64,000 nucleotides of DNA, taken from Bryobacteraceae bacterium (GTDB taxonomy: Bacteria; Acidobacteriota; Terriglobia; Bryobacterales; Bryobacteraceae). Of the stretch, positions 37,717 through 46,496 are shown in pieces. Position 1 is the first letter of the stretch; every line of letters begins with the position of its first letter. The notes under the pieces were generated by a model that was not told where the DNA came from, searched no databases, and saw only the letters and a list, made by a program, of their open reading frames with translations. Position numbers and translations under genes: made by a program. Where the stretch lies: the NCBI GenBank assembly GCA_035499555.1, contig DATJYO010000055.1, positions 222,757 through 286,756 of the forward strand. Direction: 5' to 3'.

Positions 37717-38565
37717 TCAGGCGCCGGACAGAATCAACTCGAAGCGGCGATTCACCTCCCGCAGGTACGCTGCGTCGCCGCTATCCAGTTCCACCGTAGC
37801 GGTGCCGTGGTACCCGATCTCCGCCAGCGCCCGGTAGACTTCCGGCCAGTTGATGTCGCCCTCCCGTAGCGGCACGAACTCGGCCCGCATGTTGCGAAAG
37901 CGGAAATCCTTGATGTGCAGCTTGGCGATGCGCTTGCCGGCGGTGCGAATCCAGTCCTGCGGGTAGCCGGTGAGCACCACGTTGCCGACGTCGAAGTAGG
38001 AACGCAGCCAGGGGCTCTGGAAATCGTCGATGTACTTGCAGTACTCGAGCGGACTGAGCAGAAATTTGTTCCAGACCTCCTCCACGGCAATGATCACCTT
38101 CAACTCCTCGGCCAGGGGAAGCAACTTGCGGACCTGCTGCGTCGAGCGGGTCCAGGCGTCCTTGTAACTGGTCTGCGGGTTGACCACGGCCGGCACCAGC
38201 AGCACCGTTTCCGCACCCCAGAAATGCGCGTTGCGCAGGCTGGTTTCCATACCCTTGATGCTTTCCGCCACCACTGCCGGGTCCGCGGACGAGAGCGGAT
38301 ACTTCCAGTGCGCCATGTTCATCACCGAATGGATGACGAGTCCGGCGCCCTCGGCGCCCTTCTTGATCTCTTCGGCGGTGTGCTGGTCCGGCGTAGTCGG
38401 GCACTCCGTCGCCTGGAAGCCGGTGTCGATGGCGAGTTTGCAGCGATCGGCGATACTCAGCGACTTGGGCAGCATCTCAAACAGGACCGCCTTCCGGATC
38501 GGCAGGCGAGTGGTGGCGGCCAGCGCCGGCAGCGCGGCGGTGGCCACGAAATCCCTACGGGTCAT
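37717..38565 (-). CDS. Xylose-isomerase-like TIM-barrel protein (sugar phosphate isomerase/epimerase family) with twin-arginine leader
   Basis: MTRRDFVATAALPALAATT leader. Family-like segments are AHFWGAETVLLVP, IAVEEVWN and LHIKDF. The start overlaps the upstream gene stop (ATGA). Confidence 0.85.
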   Translation of the reverse strand: MTRRDFVATAALPALAATTRLPIRKAVLFEMLPKSLSIADRCKLAIDTGFQATECPTTPDQHTAEEIKKGAEGAGLVIHSVMNMAHWKYPLSSADPAVVAESIKGMETSLRNAHFWGAETVLLVPAVVNPQTSYKDAWTRSTQQVRKLLPLAEELKVIIAVEEVWNKFLLSPLEYCKYIDDFQSPWLRSYFDVGNVVLTGYPQDWIRTAGKRIAKLHIKDFRFRNMRAEFVPLREGDINWPEVYRALAEIGYHGTATVELDSGDAAYLREVNRRFELILSGA

Positions 38566-39488
38566 GCGAATGTCACTCCTATCCGGCCGGCGACCTTTTG
38601 AATGTAGCTCCGGCCTTCGTCATATTCGGCGGCGGTCTTCAGGTGTTCCAGCATCAGCGGCGTCTCCGCCGGCAACTTTGATAATTCGGTGAGGTAAGTG
38701 CCGTAGTCGATCTGTCCCCGCCCGGGAATCACTTCCTGAAAATGTACGTTGAGCTCGACGATCCACGCCAGGTCTTTGGCATGACAGGAAACAATCCAGG
38801 GGCCCAGCTTGTGAAAACAGTCCGCAATCACCTCGCGGTTGCCATAAAAGCGCGCGGGCGAGTTGATGATGTTGCAGACGTCCAGGTGCACGCCGAACGC
38901 GGGGCGGTCCACCGCCTTGATGAGCTTCAGGTAGGTATCCGGGCCATCGGGGATCGACCAACCCATGGCTTCGATGGTAAACCGCGTACGGCGGGGCTTG
39001 ATTTCGTCGATGATGCGGCGGCAGTTCTCGACGGTGGCATCGAAGAACTCCGGCGACAGGTTCCGGGGATCGGGACCGTACCAGACCGTGGGGTTGTAGG
39101 AGCCCGCGATATCCACGCAGCAGCGCGCGCCTACGGCCTCGGCGAGGGCCATACGCTCGACGACATAGCGCAGATTGGCGCGGCGCTTGGCGGCATCCGG
39201 ATCGAGCATGTTGACCCAGGCGCCGACTTCGGCGATGGCCACGTTCTCGGCGGCGAAGGCCCGCTCGATGGAGCGGACGCGGGCCGTGTCATCAGCTTTC
39301 GCCGGCGGGCAATAGGCGGCGCTATAGCCCAGGCGGCGATGCTCGCGCGCGAGTTCGGCGGGGTCTTCGCTCTTCAGGAAAATCGGGCCGCCCAGGCGCA
39401 CGGCGCGGCGGCCGTCGGCTTTCAGAGAAGCGTGCCAGACGGCGGCGCCGGCGGCGGCCAGCAGCGACCGGCGAGTTGTACCGGACAT
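38562..39488 (-). CDS. Xylose-isomerase-like TIM-barrel protein (sugar phosphate isomerase/epimerase family) with twin-arginine leader
   Basis: MSGTTRRSLLAAAGAAVW leader. Segments are LAEAVGARCCVDIAGS, RFTIEAMGW, HLDVCN and SCHAKD. Confidence 0.85.
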   Translation of the reverse strand: MSGTTRRSLLAAAGAAVWHASLKADGRRAVRLGGPIFLKSEDPAELAREHRRLGYSAAYCPPAKADDTARVRSIERAFAAENVAIAEVGAWVNMLDPDAAKRRANLRYVVERMALAEAVGARCCVDIAGSYNPTVWYGPDPRNLSPEFFDATVENCRRIIDEIKPRRTRFTIEAMGWSIPDGPDTYLKLIKAVDRPAFGVHLDVCNIINSPARFYGNREVIADCFHKLGPWIVSCHAKDLAWIVELNVHFQEVIPGRGQIDYGTYLTELSKLPAETPLMLEHLKTAAEYDEGRSYIQKVAGRIGVTFA

Positions 39489-39517
39489 GCTCCGATTCTA
39501 ACCGGAAGCGCTCTCCC

Positions 39518-41938
39518 CTACTCGCTGCGCAGGGCTTCCACCGGATCTCCGGCGGCGGCACGCCAGGCCGGCACGGCACTGGCGCAGGCGCCGAGCGCGA
39601 TCAACAGCGCCGCCGCACCCGCATACGTCACCGGATCGTCGGCACGCACATGGTACAAAAGCGCCGCCAGCAGACGGCCCAGCGCCAGGGCCGCAGCCAT
39701 GCCGATCGCCAGGCCGATCGCCAGGGGCGCCAGGGCGCCCCGCATGATGACGCTCACCACGCGCCGCGGACTGGCGCCCAGCGCCACGCGAATCCCGACC
39801 TCGCGCGCGCGCAGGGCGGCAGTATAGGCCACTACGCTGTAGACCCCCGCGGCGGTCAACAGCAAGGCCAGCCCGCCCAACACCGAAAAGATCCAGACGG
39901 AAAAGCGCTGCCGCCAGATGGACCCGGAGATGATCTCGCGCATGGTGGCCACGCTCACAATGGGCTGATCGGGATCGACGGCCCACACTTCCTTGCGGAT
40001 GGCCGCCGCCACGGACAACGGGTCGCCCGAGGTACGGGCCACGATGGTGGACATAAAAGCCGCGAAGATGAACTGCTGATACGGACGGTAGATCTCGCCC
40101 TTGGCAGGCTGATCGTAACGGAGCTGCGACGAATCGCGAACCACGCCCACGACCCTGACCGCGGGCATATTCGGCGCCTCCGGTTCGGTGAGCGGCTGGC
40201 CCAGCGGGTTGCGATCCGGGAAAAGCTGCCGCGCCAGGTACTCGTTGATGATGGCGACCTGGGGCGAATCCATCTGGTCGGCCTCGGTGAAATCGCGGCC
40301 GGCGATCATCGGAATGCCCATGGCCGCGAAATAGCGCGGGCTGACGGTGCGCGTGGAGGTCAGCATGGTTTCGCCGCCCGGACCGCGCAGCGGGGTGGTG
40401 GCGCTCACCCCGGAGAGGGGCAGATTGTTGACCACGGCGACGGCCTGGATGCCCGGGATATCGCGGAGGCGTTCCACGATCCGGTGGTAGTAGGCCATCT
40501 GGCGCGGCCGCGAATCGTACTTGCCGGGCGGGTGCGGATCGGTGCGGGTGCCCAGGGGAACGCGCACGGTCAGGACGTGATCGGGGCGAAAGCCGTGATC
40601 CGTCTGCTGGAGCCGGATGAGGCTGCGGATCATGAGGCCGGAACCGGCCAGCAGCAAAAATGCGAAGCCGGCTTGCGTCGCGACCAGCAGGGAAAACAGG
40701 CGGCGGGCGCGGCGCGGTGTGCCGGCGGCCTGTCCCGCGCGCAAGGCGGCTTCGAGATCCACATGCGAAGCGGCCACCACCGGCGCCAGGCTGCACAGCA
40801 GGGCCAGCGCCACGCACAGCGCCAGGTTGAACAGAAGCACGCGCCCGTTCAATCCGGCGCGCTGCAGATGCGGAACCATGATTGGCGCGGCCGTGAGCTG
40901 CCGGGCCAGGAATGCCATCAGAAAACGCGCGCCGGCGATTCCGGCGGCGCTCCCCAACGCGGCTAGCACGAGGCACTCGGCGATCATCTGCCGGGCCCCG
41001 TGCCACCATCCCGCGCCCAGCGACGCGCGAATGGCGATCTCGCGCTGCCGCTGGATGGCGCGGCTCAATAGCAGGCCGCCCACATCGGCGCAGGCGATCA
41101 GCAGCACCAGCGCCACCGCGGCCATAACACACACCAGGGTCAGTGCATATTGCGATTCCGGCTCTTCGCTCCAGGGCGACACATCGATGCGCAGACGGGC
41201 GTTCTGCCGCGGGTCTTCGCGTTCCAGTTGCGCCGCCACAATGCCCAGCGCGCTTTGGACCTGCGACACGCTGACGTCCGGCCGCCGCCGCGCGATCACT
41301 TGCAGCCAGTTCACGGTCGCCGGAGTCACGTGCAGGGGCACCCACATTTCCACGTTCGGATATTGAAACTCGAATGCGGGCGGCATGACCCCGGCGATGG
41401 TGAAGGCTACGCCGGAGACGTTCAGGGTACGGCCCAGAGCCGCGGGATCGCCGTGGAACAGGCGCATCCACAAGCGATCGCTGAGTACGGCGACCCGGGG
41501 CGCCGCCGGATCGTCATCCGCCGCGGACAACGCACGTCCCAGGGCCGCCGGTGCGCCGAGCAGCGGAAACAGCGCCCCGGACGCGCGCAGCGCATAAACC
41601 TGATCCGGCTCCACGCCGCCGGTCAGTGTGACCACGTCTTTGACGTACGGCACGGTGGCCTCGAAGAGCTCCCGGCGATCGCACCAGCGCAGATAGTCGC
41701 GCGCCGGGACGCCCGAGATGTGCCGCTGGGCGCCGGATTCGTCGATGCGCAGCAGGCGCCCGGCGGAGGGATAGGGCAGCGGCCGCAGAAGAACGGCATC
41801 CACAATACTGAAGACGGCTGTGCCGGCGCCGATTCCGAGTGCCAGAATCGCGGTGACTGCCACGGCAAAAAGCGGATTGCGGCGGAGCCGGCGCACGGCC
41901 CACCAGAGATCTCTGAGCATACTAAAGAAATAGTACAC
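39518..41938 (-). CDS. ADOP-family duplicated FtsX/MacB-like permease (no adjacent ATPase)
   Basis: 806 aa. N-terminus LRDLWWAVRRLRRNPLFAVAVTAILALGIGAGTAVFSIVDAVLLRPLPYP is typical of acidobacterial duplicated orphan permeases. Two MacB-periplasmic plus FtsX modules. GTG start at 41938, with an alternative ATG at 41920. Confidence 0.9.
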   Translation of the reverse strand: MYYFFSMLRDLWWAVRRLRRNPLFAVAVTAILALGIGAGTAVFSIVDAVLLRPLPYPSAGRLLRIDESGAQRHISGVPARDYLRWCDRRELFEATVPYVKDVVTLTGGVEPDQVYALRASGALFPLLGAPAALGRALSAADDDPAAPRVAVLSDRLWMRLFHGDPAALGRTLNVSGVAFTIAGVMPPAFEFQYPNVEMWVPLHVTPATVNWLQVIARRRPDVSVSQVQSALGIVAAQLEREDPRQNARLRIDVSPWSEEPESQYALTLVCVMAAVALVLLIACADVGGLLLSRAIQRQREIAIRASLGAGWWHGARQMIAECLVLAALGSAAGIAGARFLMAFLARQLTAAPIMVPHLQRAGLNGRVLLFNLALCVALALLCSLAPVVAASHVDLEAALRAGQAAGTPRRARRLFSLLVATQAGFAFLLLAGSGLMIRSLIRLQQTDHGFRPDHVLTVRVPLGTRTDPHPPGKYDSRPRQMAYYHRIVERLRDIPGIQAVAVVNNLPLSGVSATTPLRGPGGETMLTSTRTVSPRYFAAMGIPMIAGRDFTEADQMDSPQVAIINEYLARQLFPDRNPLGQPLTEPEAPNMPAVRVVGVVRDSSQLRYDQPAKGEIYRPYQQFIFAAFMSTIVARTSGDPLSVAAAIRKEVWAVDPDQPIVSVATMREIISGSIWRQRFSVWIFSVLGGLALLLTAAGVYSVVAYTAALRAREVGIRVALGASPRRVVSVIMRGALAPLAIGLAIGMAAALALGRLLAALLYHVRADDPVTYAGAAALLIALGACASAVPAWRAAAGDPVEALRSE

Positions 41939-41948
41939 CCAACCAGCG

Positions 41949-42998
41949 CTAGGCAGACGAATGCGGCAGGATGATCAGTTTGCCCACGCCGTCCGCACGA
42001 TGCTCCACCATGTCGAGCGCTTCCGCGATGCGGCCGAGCGGGCGCGTGTGGGTGATCATGGCCGCGAAGCGCGCCAGGTTTGCCGCCAGCAGATCGCGGG
42101 CAGCGAGAGACTCGTGGTTCGAACGGCGCACGTTATAGACCGTCAGTTCTTTGCGGCGCATCGGAGAGAAATCCACCGCCACTTCTCTTTCGACGGGAAT
42201 GCCGGTAATGACGACGCGCCCGGCATGGCGCGCGGCGTGCAGGCAGTGATTCACCGATCCGCCGATGGCCGCGCAGTCGATGGCCACGTCCACACCGCGC
42301 CCGCCGGTGTCGCGCAGGATTTCCCGGGCGGGATCGACGGCCAGCGGATCGATGGCCGCGTCGGCGCCGGCGGCCCGCGCCAGTTCGCGGCGCGCGGCCA
42401 CCGGCTCGATGGACCAGACGCGCCCGGCGCCGGCCAGTTTGAGGCAAATGACCGTCATCAGCCCGATGGGTCCGGCGCCGAAGACGGCCGCCGTCTCCGC
42501 CAGATTCAGCGCCGCGAATTTCATGGAGTGCATGACTACGGCCAATGGCTCGATGATGGTCGCTTCGCGGACGCCGAGTCCCGGCGGAATAGGAATCAGG
42601 TTGGCGGCCGGCAGATTGGCGTGGTCGCGAAAGAAGCCCGGATCGCCCGGCATGCTCATGAACCGCAGGCGGGCGCACACGTTGTGATGGCCGGTGTGGC
42701 AGAATTCGCAGTGATAGCAATAGATGGCCGGTTCGAAAGCGGCCGCGTCGCCGGCGTTCCAACCCGATACGCCCGCCCCGGCCTTGACGACCGTCCCGGC
42801 CGGCTCGTGGCCGAGGACCATCGGATAGCGGCAGGGCGTGTCCCCGACCGCGCCTTCGGCGTAGGAATGCAGATCGGAGCCGCAGATGCCCACGGCTTCG
42901 ATGCGGACCTGCACCTCGCCCGGCGCCGGGTCGGGCAGCGGCGCCTCCATCAACCGGAACTGGCGGAGCGCCGTGAGCTCCGCCACGCTGGCCTTCAC
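41949..42998 (-). CDS. Zinc-dependent medium-chain alcohol/polyol dehydrogenase (sorbitol/threonine dehydrogenase-like)
   Basis: GICGSDLH, VLGHEPAG, a structural-Zn Cys cluster CYHCEFCHTGHHNVC and NAD motif GAGPIGL. The GTG start overlaps the upstream stop (GTGA). Confidence 0.9.
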   Translation of the reverse strand: MKASVAELTALRQFRLMEAPLPDPAPGEVQVRIEAVGICGSDLHSYAEGAVGDTPCRYPMVLGHEPAGTVVKAGAGVSGWNAGDAAAFEPAIYCYHCEFCHTGHHNVCARLRFMSMPGDPGFFRDHANLPAANLIPIPPGLGVREATIIEPLAVVMHSMKFAALNLAETAAVFGAGPIGLMTVICLKLAGAGRVWSIEPVAARRELARAAGADAAIDPLAVDPAREILRDTGGRGVDVAIDCAAIGGSVNHCLHAARHAGRVVITGIPVEREVAVDFSPMRRKELTVYNVRRSNHESLAARDLLAANLARFAAMITHTRPLGRIAEALDMVEHRADGVGKLIILPHSSA

Positions 42999-44164
42999 AG
43001 GCCGTCCTCTTGCGGCGGATGGCGGAGAGTCAGCGCGGCAATGTGATCGAGCACGGCGTGGAAGTAGGCCATGTCCCGCTCCGGCGGAGGCATGTCATCG
43101 CGCACCTCCGCGCCGCCCGCCGGCAGATAACGGAACGGAAAACGCTGCGCCTGGATCCAGGGCAGGTATCCCCAGCCGGCGGCGTGGCGGAAGAAAACGT
43201 CGCAACTGGCCAGATCGCCGGCGAGGTGTTCCCGGGTGGTGGTCCTGCCGTTGTCGTCTTCGGTCATCAGGACGGGGCGGTCGAAGTCTTTCAGTTCGGC
43301 CACGCGGCGGGCCTTCTCTTCCGGGTCGCGGCCGTCGCCGTGGACCAGCAGCACATCCACCTGCCCTTCGAGCGAACGCGGATAGCGCATGCGGCCGTCG
43401 CTCGAAACCCCTACCGGCAGCGCGTACCCGGCATGCTTGAAACACTCGCGCACGTCGTCGATGAGGGGAATGATGTTCTGCGGGATGTAGCCCTTGAAGT
43501 TCCACAACGGCAGATCGTATTCGTTGGCCACGTCGATGATCACGTTACGAATGTCGTGCGCCACCAGCCAGTTGGTGATGTTGCGGGCAGCCGCGTGGAT
43601 GGCGTCGGTGGAGCGGAACTGCTGGTCCTGGCCGTGAAAGAAGTACATCAGGTTGACGAACATGCCGCGGTCGTTGGTGGCGCGCAGCAGGCGCGCCAGC
43701 CGCGCCATCCAATCGGGTTTGAGTGAGCCGTCCGGACCAAAGGCGCTGACCGAGGTGCCGCGGCCGGGCCCCAGGCGGAAGGCGTTCTCGCGTTCAATCC
43801 CGTTGACGGCCCGGTCGTACCCCGGCGGCGCGCCTTGCAGACTGACATTGATCATCAGCACGCCGTGACTCTTGTAGAAATCCAACGCGTGAATGACGGA
43901 GTCAGTGTTGAATTCCGGATCGAACGGGCGCTCCTTCAGCCACTCGTCCAGAAACAGCGCGTTGGCCAGCCGGATATTCATGAGCTTGCCCTGCGCTTCA
44001 TGCCGGTAGATCGGCGCGCTGTAGGTCTTCTGCCAGTCGTCCTCCGGCGATTCCCGCACGTAGAAGGCGCGTTGGTCGTAGTGCCGTCCGAGCATGACTC
44101 CGGTGCTGATTTGCGCAGCACACAGGGCCGTGGCGAAGACTGGCAGAAGGAGGAGCCGGTTCAC
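42995..44164 (-). CDS. Hypothetical secreted protein, possible clan GH-A (cellulase-like) glycoside hydrolase
   Basis: GTG start and signal peptide MNRLLLLPVFATALCAAQ. VIIDVANEYD resembles the NE acid/base motif of GH5-type TIM barrels. LMTEDD is a possible nucleophile strand. The family call is tentative. Confidence 0.65.
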   Translation of the reverse strand: MNRLLLLPVFATALCAAQISTGVMLGRHYDQRAFYVRESPEDDWQKTYSAPIYRHEAQGKLMNIRLANALFLDEWLKERPFDPEFNTDSVIHALDFYKSHGVLMINVSLQGAPPGYDRAVNGIERENAFRLGPGRGTSVSAFGPDGSLKPDWMARLARLLRATNDRGMFVNLMYFFHGQDQQFRSTDAIHAAARNITNWLVAHDIRNVIIDVANEYDLPLWNFKGYIPQNIIPLIDDVRECFKHAGYALPVGVSSDGRMRYPRSLEGQVDVLLVHGDGRDPEEKARRVAELKDFDRPVLMTEDDNGRTTTREHLAGDLASCDVFFRHAAGWGYLPWIQAQRFPFRYLPAGGAEVRDDMPPPERDMAYFHAVLDHIAALTLRHPPQEDGL

Positions 44165-44184
44165 GACCCCATTATCTCATCGGG

Positions 44185-44703
44185 TCAGGCTCGCTTGCTC
44201 GGTTTCAAACAGGCCTGGGCGCGTTGCAGATCGCGTTGCATCACCGGCAGCATATGGCTGGCGTAGGCTTTCACGTCCGTATCCTGGCCGTGATCGGCTT
44301 CCCGTTTGAACACCGCGATCGCGCGCCGGTTCGCGGCGATCTCGTCCTTGGCGTAGCTCTGATCGAAACGCACATCCTGCATGGACTTCAAGTGCGCGAT
44401 CGCCGGATTCCTGGCCGCATCGATGCCGCGCGGGATAGTTACGCCGGTCTTGGCAGCCAGCCCGAACAGCTGATCGTAAGACTGGCGGTAGTCTTGCGCT
44501 ATGGACTTGCCCAGGTCTTTTACATCGGCCCGGCTGGCCTGATTTTGAGCCATCTGACCCTGGTGGGCCTCCGTCATCTCGATTCTCGCAGCCGCGTTCA
44601 TAAACGCTTTGTCAGCGCCGGACATCGAGGCTGCCTGCAAGACTCCACCTGCTGCCAGCAGAGCAACGCAACAGCCGCCCACAAAGACACTGCGATTGCA
44701 CAT
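44185..44703 (-). CDS. DUF4142-domain protein (periplasmic, ferritin-like four-helix type)
   Basis: GGAGG SD 5 nt upstream. Signal peptide. The duplicated pattern D..F...A....M.E...G..A and FD..Y....I..H is characteristic of DUF4142. Confidence 0.8.
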   Translation of the reverse strand: MCNRSVFVGGCCVALLAAGGVLQAASMSGADKAFMNAAARIEMTEAHQGQMAQNQASRADVKDLGKSIAQDYRQSYDQLFGLAAKTGVTIPRGIDAARNPAIAHLKSMQDVRFDQSYAKDEIAANRRAIAVFKREADHGQDTDVKAYASHMLPVMQRDLQRAQACLKPSKRA

Positions 44704-44863
44704 ACTAACCTCCTATTGTGCGCGGGTGGGTTGTGAGACATGCAAGGCGCGCACGGTCCTCGCGATTCTTAGTGTGAAGCAAGGCGCCGCCGGTTCAAAT
44801 CCCGTCCATGCAGTAGATTGAAGACGGGAAGTGCTGGTGCGCACAAGGCGCGGAGAGGCTATG

Positions 44864-45487
44864 CTAATCGCCTGCCGCGACGGCGCCGCCCCGGCGGCGC
44901 ACATCGCCCGAGGCCGGTTTCATCAGCGCGAAGATAGCCCGATAGGTCAGCAGCGCCAGGACGATGAAACCGTAGAGCAGCGGCTCCCGGACATCCGATT
45001 TCACCAGCCAGTAATAATGCACCACACCGGCTGCGGCGCTCAGATAAATGAGGCGATGCAGTTGCTGCCAGCGGCGCCCGCCCAGGCGGCGGATCCAGCC
45101 CGCCGTGGAGGTCGCGGCCAATGGCAGCATCGCTACGAAGCCGGTGAACCCGGCGGTGATGAACGGACGCTTCCAGACATCTTTGGCAATTTCGTGCAGA
45201 TCGAAGAACTTATCCAGCCAGAGATAAGTCATGAAATGCAGGCAACCGTAGAAGAACGCGAACAGCCCCAACATACGCCGCAGCCGGATCAGTTGGGGCG
45301 CGCGCAGCAGGCGGCGCGCCGGAGTGATCGCCAGCGTGATGGCCAGAAAACGCAGGGTCCAGTCGCCGGTGGCATGCGTGATGAACTCGATCGGGTTAGC
45401 GCCTAAGTCCTGATGGAATCCCTTCCAGGTGAGCAGGCCGGCCGGTACCAGGCACAGCGCAAATACAACGATCTTGATCCACTTCAT
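44864..45487 (-). CDS. msrQ: Protein-methionine-sulfoxide reductase heme-binding subunit MsrQ (YedZ)
   Basis: 207-aa polytopic membrane protein with a ferric-reductase-like TM domain carrying conserved His residues (RRMLGLFAFFYGCLHF..., HRLIYL). It lies immediately downstream of msrP. Confidence 0.85.
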   Translation of the reverse strand: MKWIKIVVFALCLVPAGLLTWKGFHQDLGANPIEFITHATGDWTLRFLAITLAITPARRLLRAPQLIRLRRMLGLFAFFYGCLHFMTYLWLDKFFDLHEIAKDVWKRPFITAGFTGFVAMLPLAATSTAGWIRRLGGRRWQQLHRLIYLSAAAGVVHYYWLVKSDVREPLLYGFIVLALLTYRAIFALMKPASGDVRRRGGAVAAGD

Positions 45488-45496
45488 GCCTGTAAC

Positions 45497-46399
45497 TTAG
45501 TAATACTTGCGTAAGTCCATGCCGGTGTACAGACTGGCTACCTCGTTGCCATAGCCGTTGAACATCAGGGTCTTTCGTTTCAGGAACTCGCCCAGGCGGC
45601 GCTCGCTGGCCTGGCTCCAGCGGGGGTGGTCCACGCTGGGATTCACGTTCGAGTAGAACCCGTATTCGTGCGCGTTGGCCAGGTTCCAGGTGGTGGGCGG
45701 CTCACTCTTCACGAATTTGATCTTCACGATCGACTTGATGCTCTTGAAACCGTATTTCCAGGGGACCACCAGGCGGATCGGCGCGCCGTCCTGATTGGGC
45801 AGGACCTGGCCATACATGCCGAAGCACAACAGCGCCAGCGGGTTCATGGCCTCGTCCATACGGAGCCCCTCCACGTAGGGGAACGGGATGCCGGCCCAGC
45901 GCGCCGCGGGCATCTGCTTGGGATCGTACAGACTTTCGAACGCGACGAATTTCGCCTTGGCGGTCGGCTCGACGGCTTTGATCAGCACGTTCAGCGGAAA
46001 GCCGATCCAGGGAACCACGATCGACCACGCCTCGACGCAACGGTGGCGGTAGATGCGCTCTTCAAGCGGCGCCATTTTCATGATGGCGTCGAAATCGAAA
46101 ACCTGGGGCTTAGCCACCTCGCCTTCCACTTTTACTTCCCACGGCGAGGTCTTCAATTTGCCGGCGTTCTTGGAGGGCTCGTCTTTGGCGGTGCCGAATT
46201 CGTAGAAATTGTTGTAAGTCGAAACGTCGATGAATGGCGTGGGTTTTTCGTCGGTGCTGAACGGACCCTTGACCGCGGACAACTTCGCCAGGGCATAGGC
46301 GCGCGGGAGCGACAGGGCGGCGCCGGCTATTGGCAGCGTGGCCAGAAAACGCCGGCGGTTGAGGTAGATCGATTTTGGCGTAACCTCTGAGTACTTCAT
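45497..46399 (-). CDS. msrP: Protein-methionine-sulfoxide reductase catalytic subunit MsrP (YedY, molybdopterin)
   Basis: Tat leader [38 protein letters not shown] and [19 protein letters not shown] match YedY-type oxidoreductases. Confidence 0.9.
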   Translation of the reverse strand: MKYSEVTPKSIYLNRRRFLATLPIAGAALSLPRAYALAKLSAVKGPFSTDEKPTPFIDVSTYNNFYEFGTAKDEPSKNAGKLKTSPWEVKVEGEVAKPQVFDFDAIMKMAPLEERIYRHRCVEAWSIVVPWIGFPLNVLIKAVEPTAKAKFVAFESLYDPKQMPAARWAGIPFPYVEGLRMDEAMNPLALLCFGMYGQVLPNQDGAPIRLVVPWKYGFKSIKSIVKIKFVKSEPPTTWNLANAHEYGFYSNVNPSVDHPRWSQASERRLGEFLKRKTLMFNGYGNEVASLYTGMDLRKYY

Positions 46400-46496
46400 A
46401 TGCCTTGATTATAGAAGACGCAGAGGGCCGCGTTTATTCCAGCGAGGGTGCCGGCGGATGTGGCGGCAGCCTCCTTGGTAGACTGATTGTTACCGC

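Noticed and set aside
36393-37799. 468-aa plus-strand ORF
   Set aside because: Antisense shadow of the VWA gene, which has a MIDAS motif and signal peptide. No motifs of its own.
39476-41471. Alternative-frame ORFs (657 aa minus, 496 aa plus) inside the ADOP permease gene
   Set aside because: Arg/Pro/Gly-rich low-information translations. The 806-aa frame gives the characteristic ADOP N-terminus and FtsX modules.
44775-44830. tRNA-like T-arm string GGTTCAAATCC and a nearby hairpin CCCGTC...GACGGG (44801-44828)
   Set aside because: - The flanking bases do not pair as a T-stem (GCCGG vs CCCGT).
- I cannot build acceptor, D or anticodon arms.
- As a terminator for msrQ, the hairpin is followed only by ATTT, which is too weak to call.
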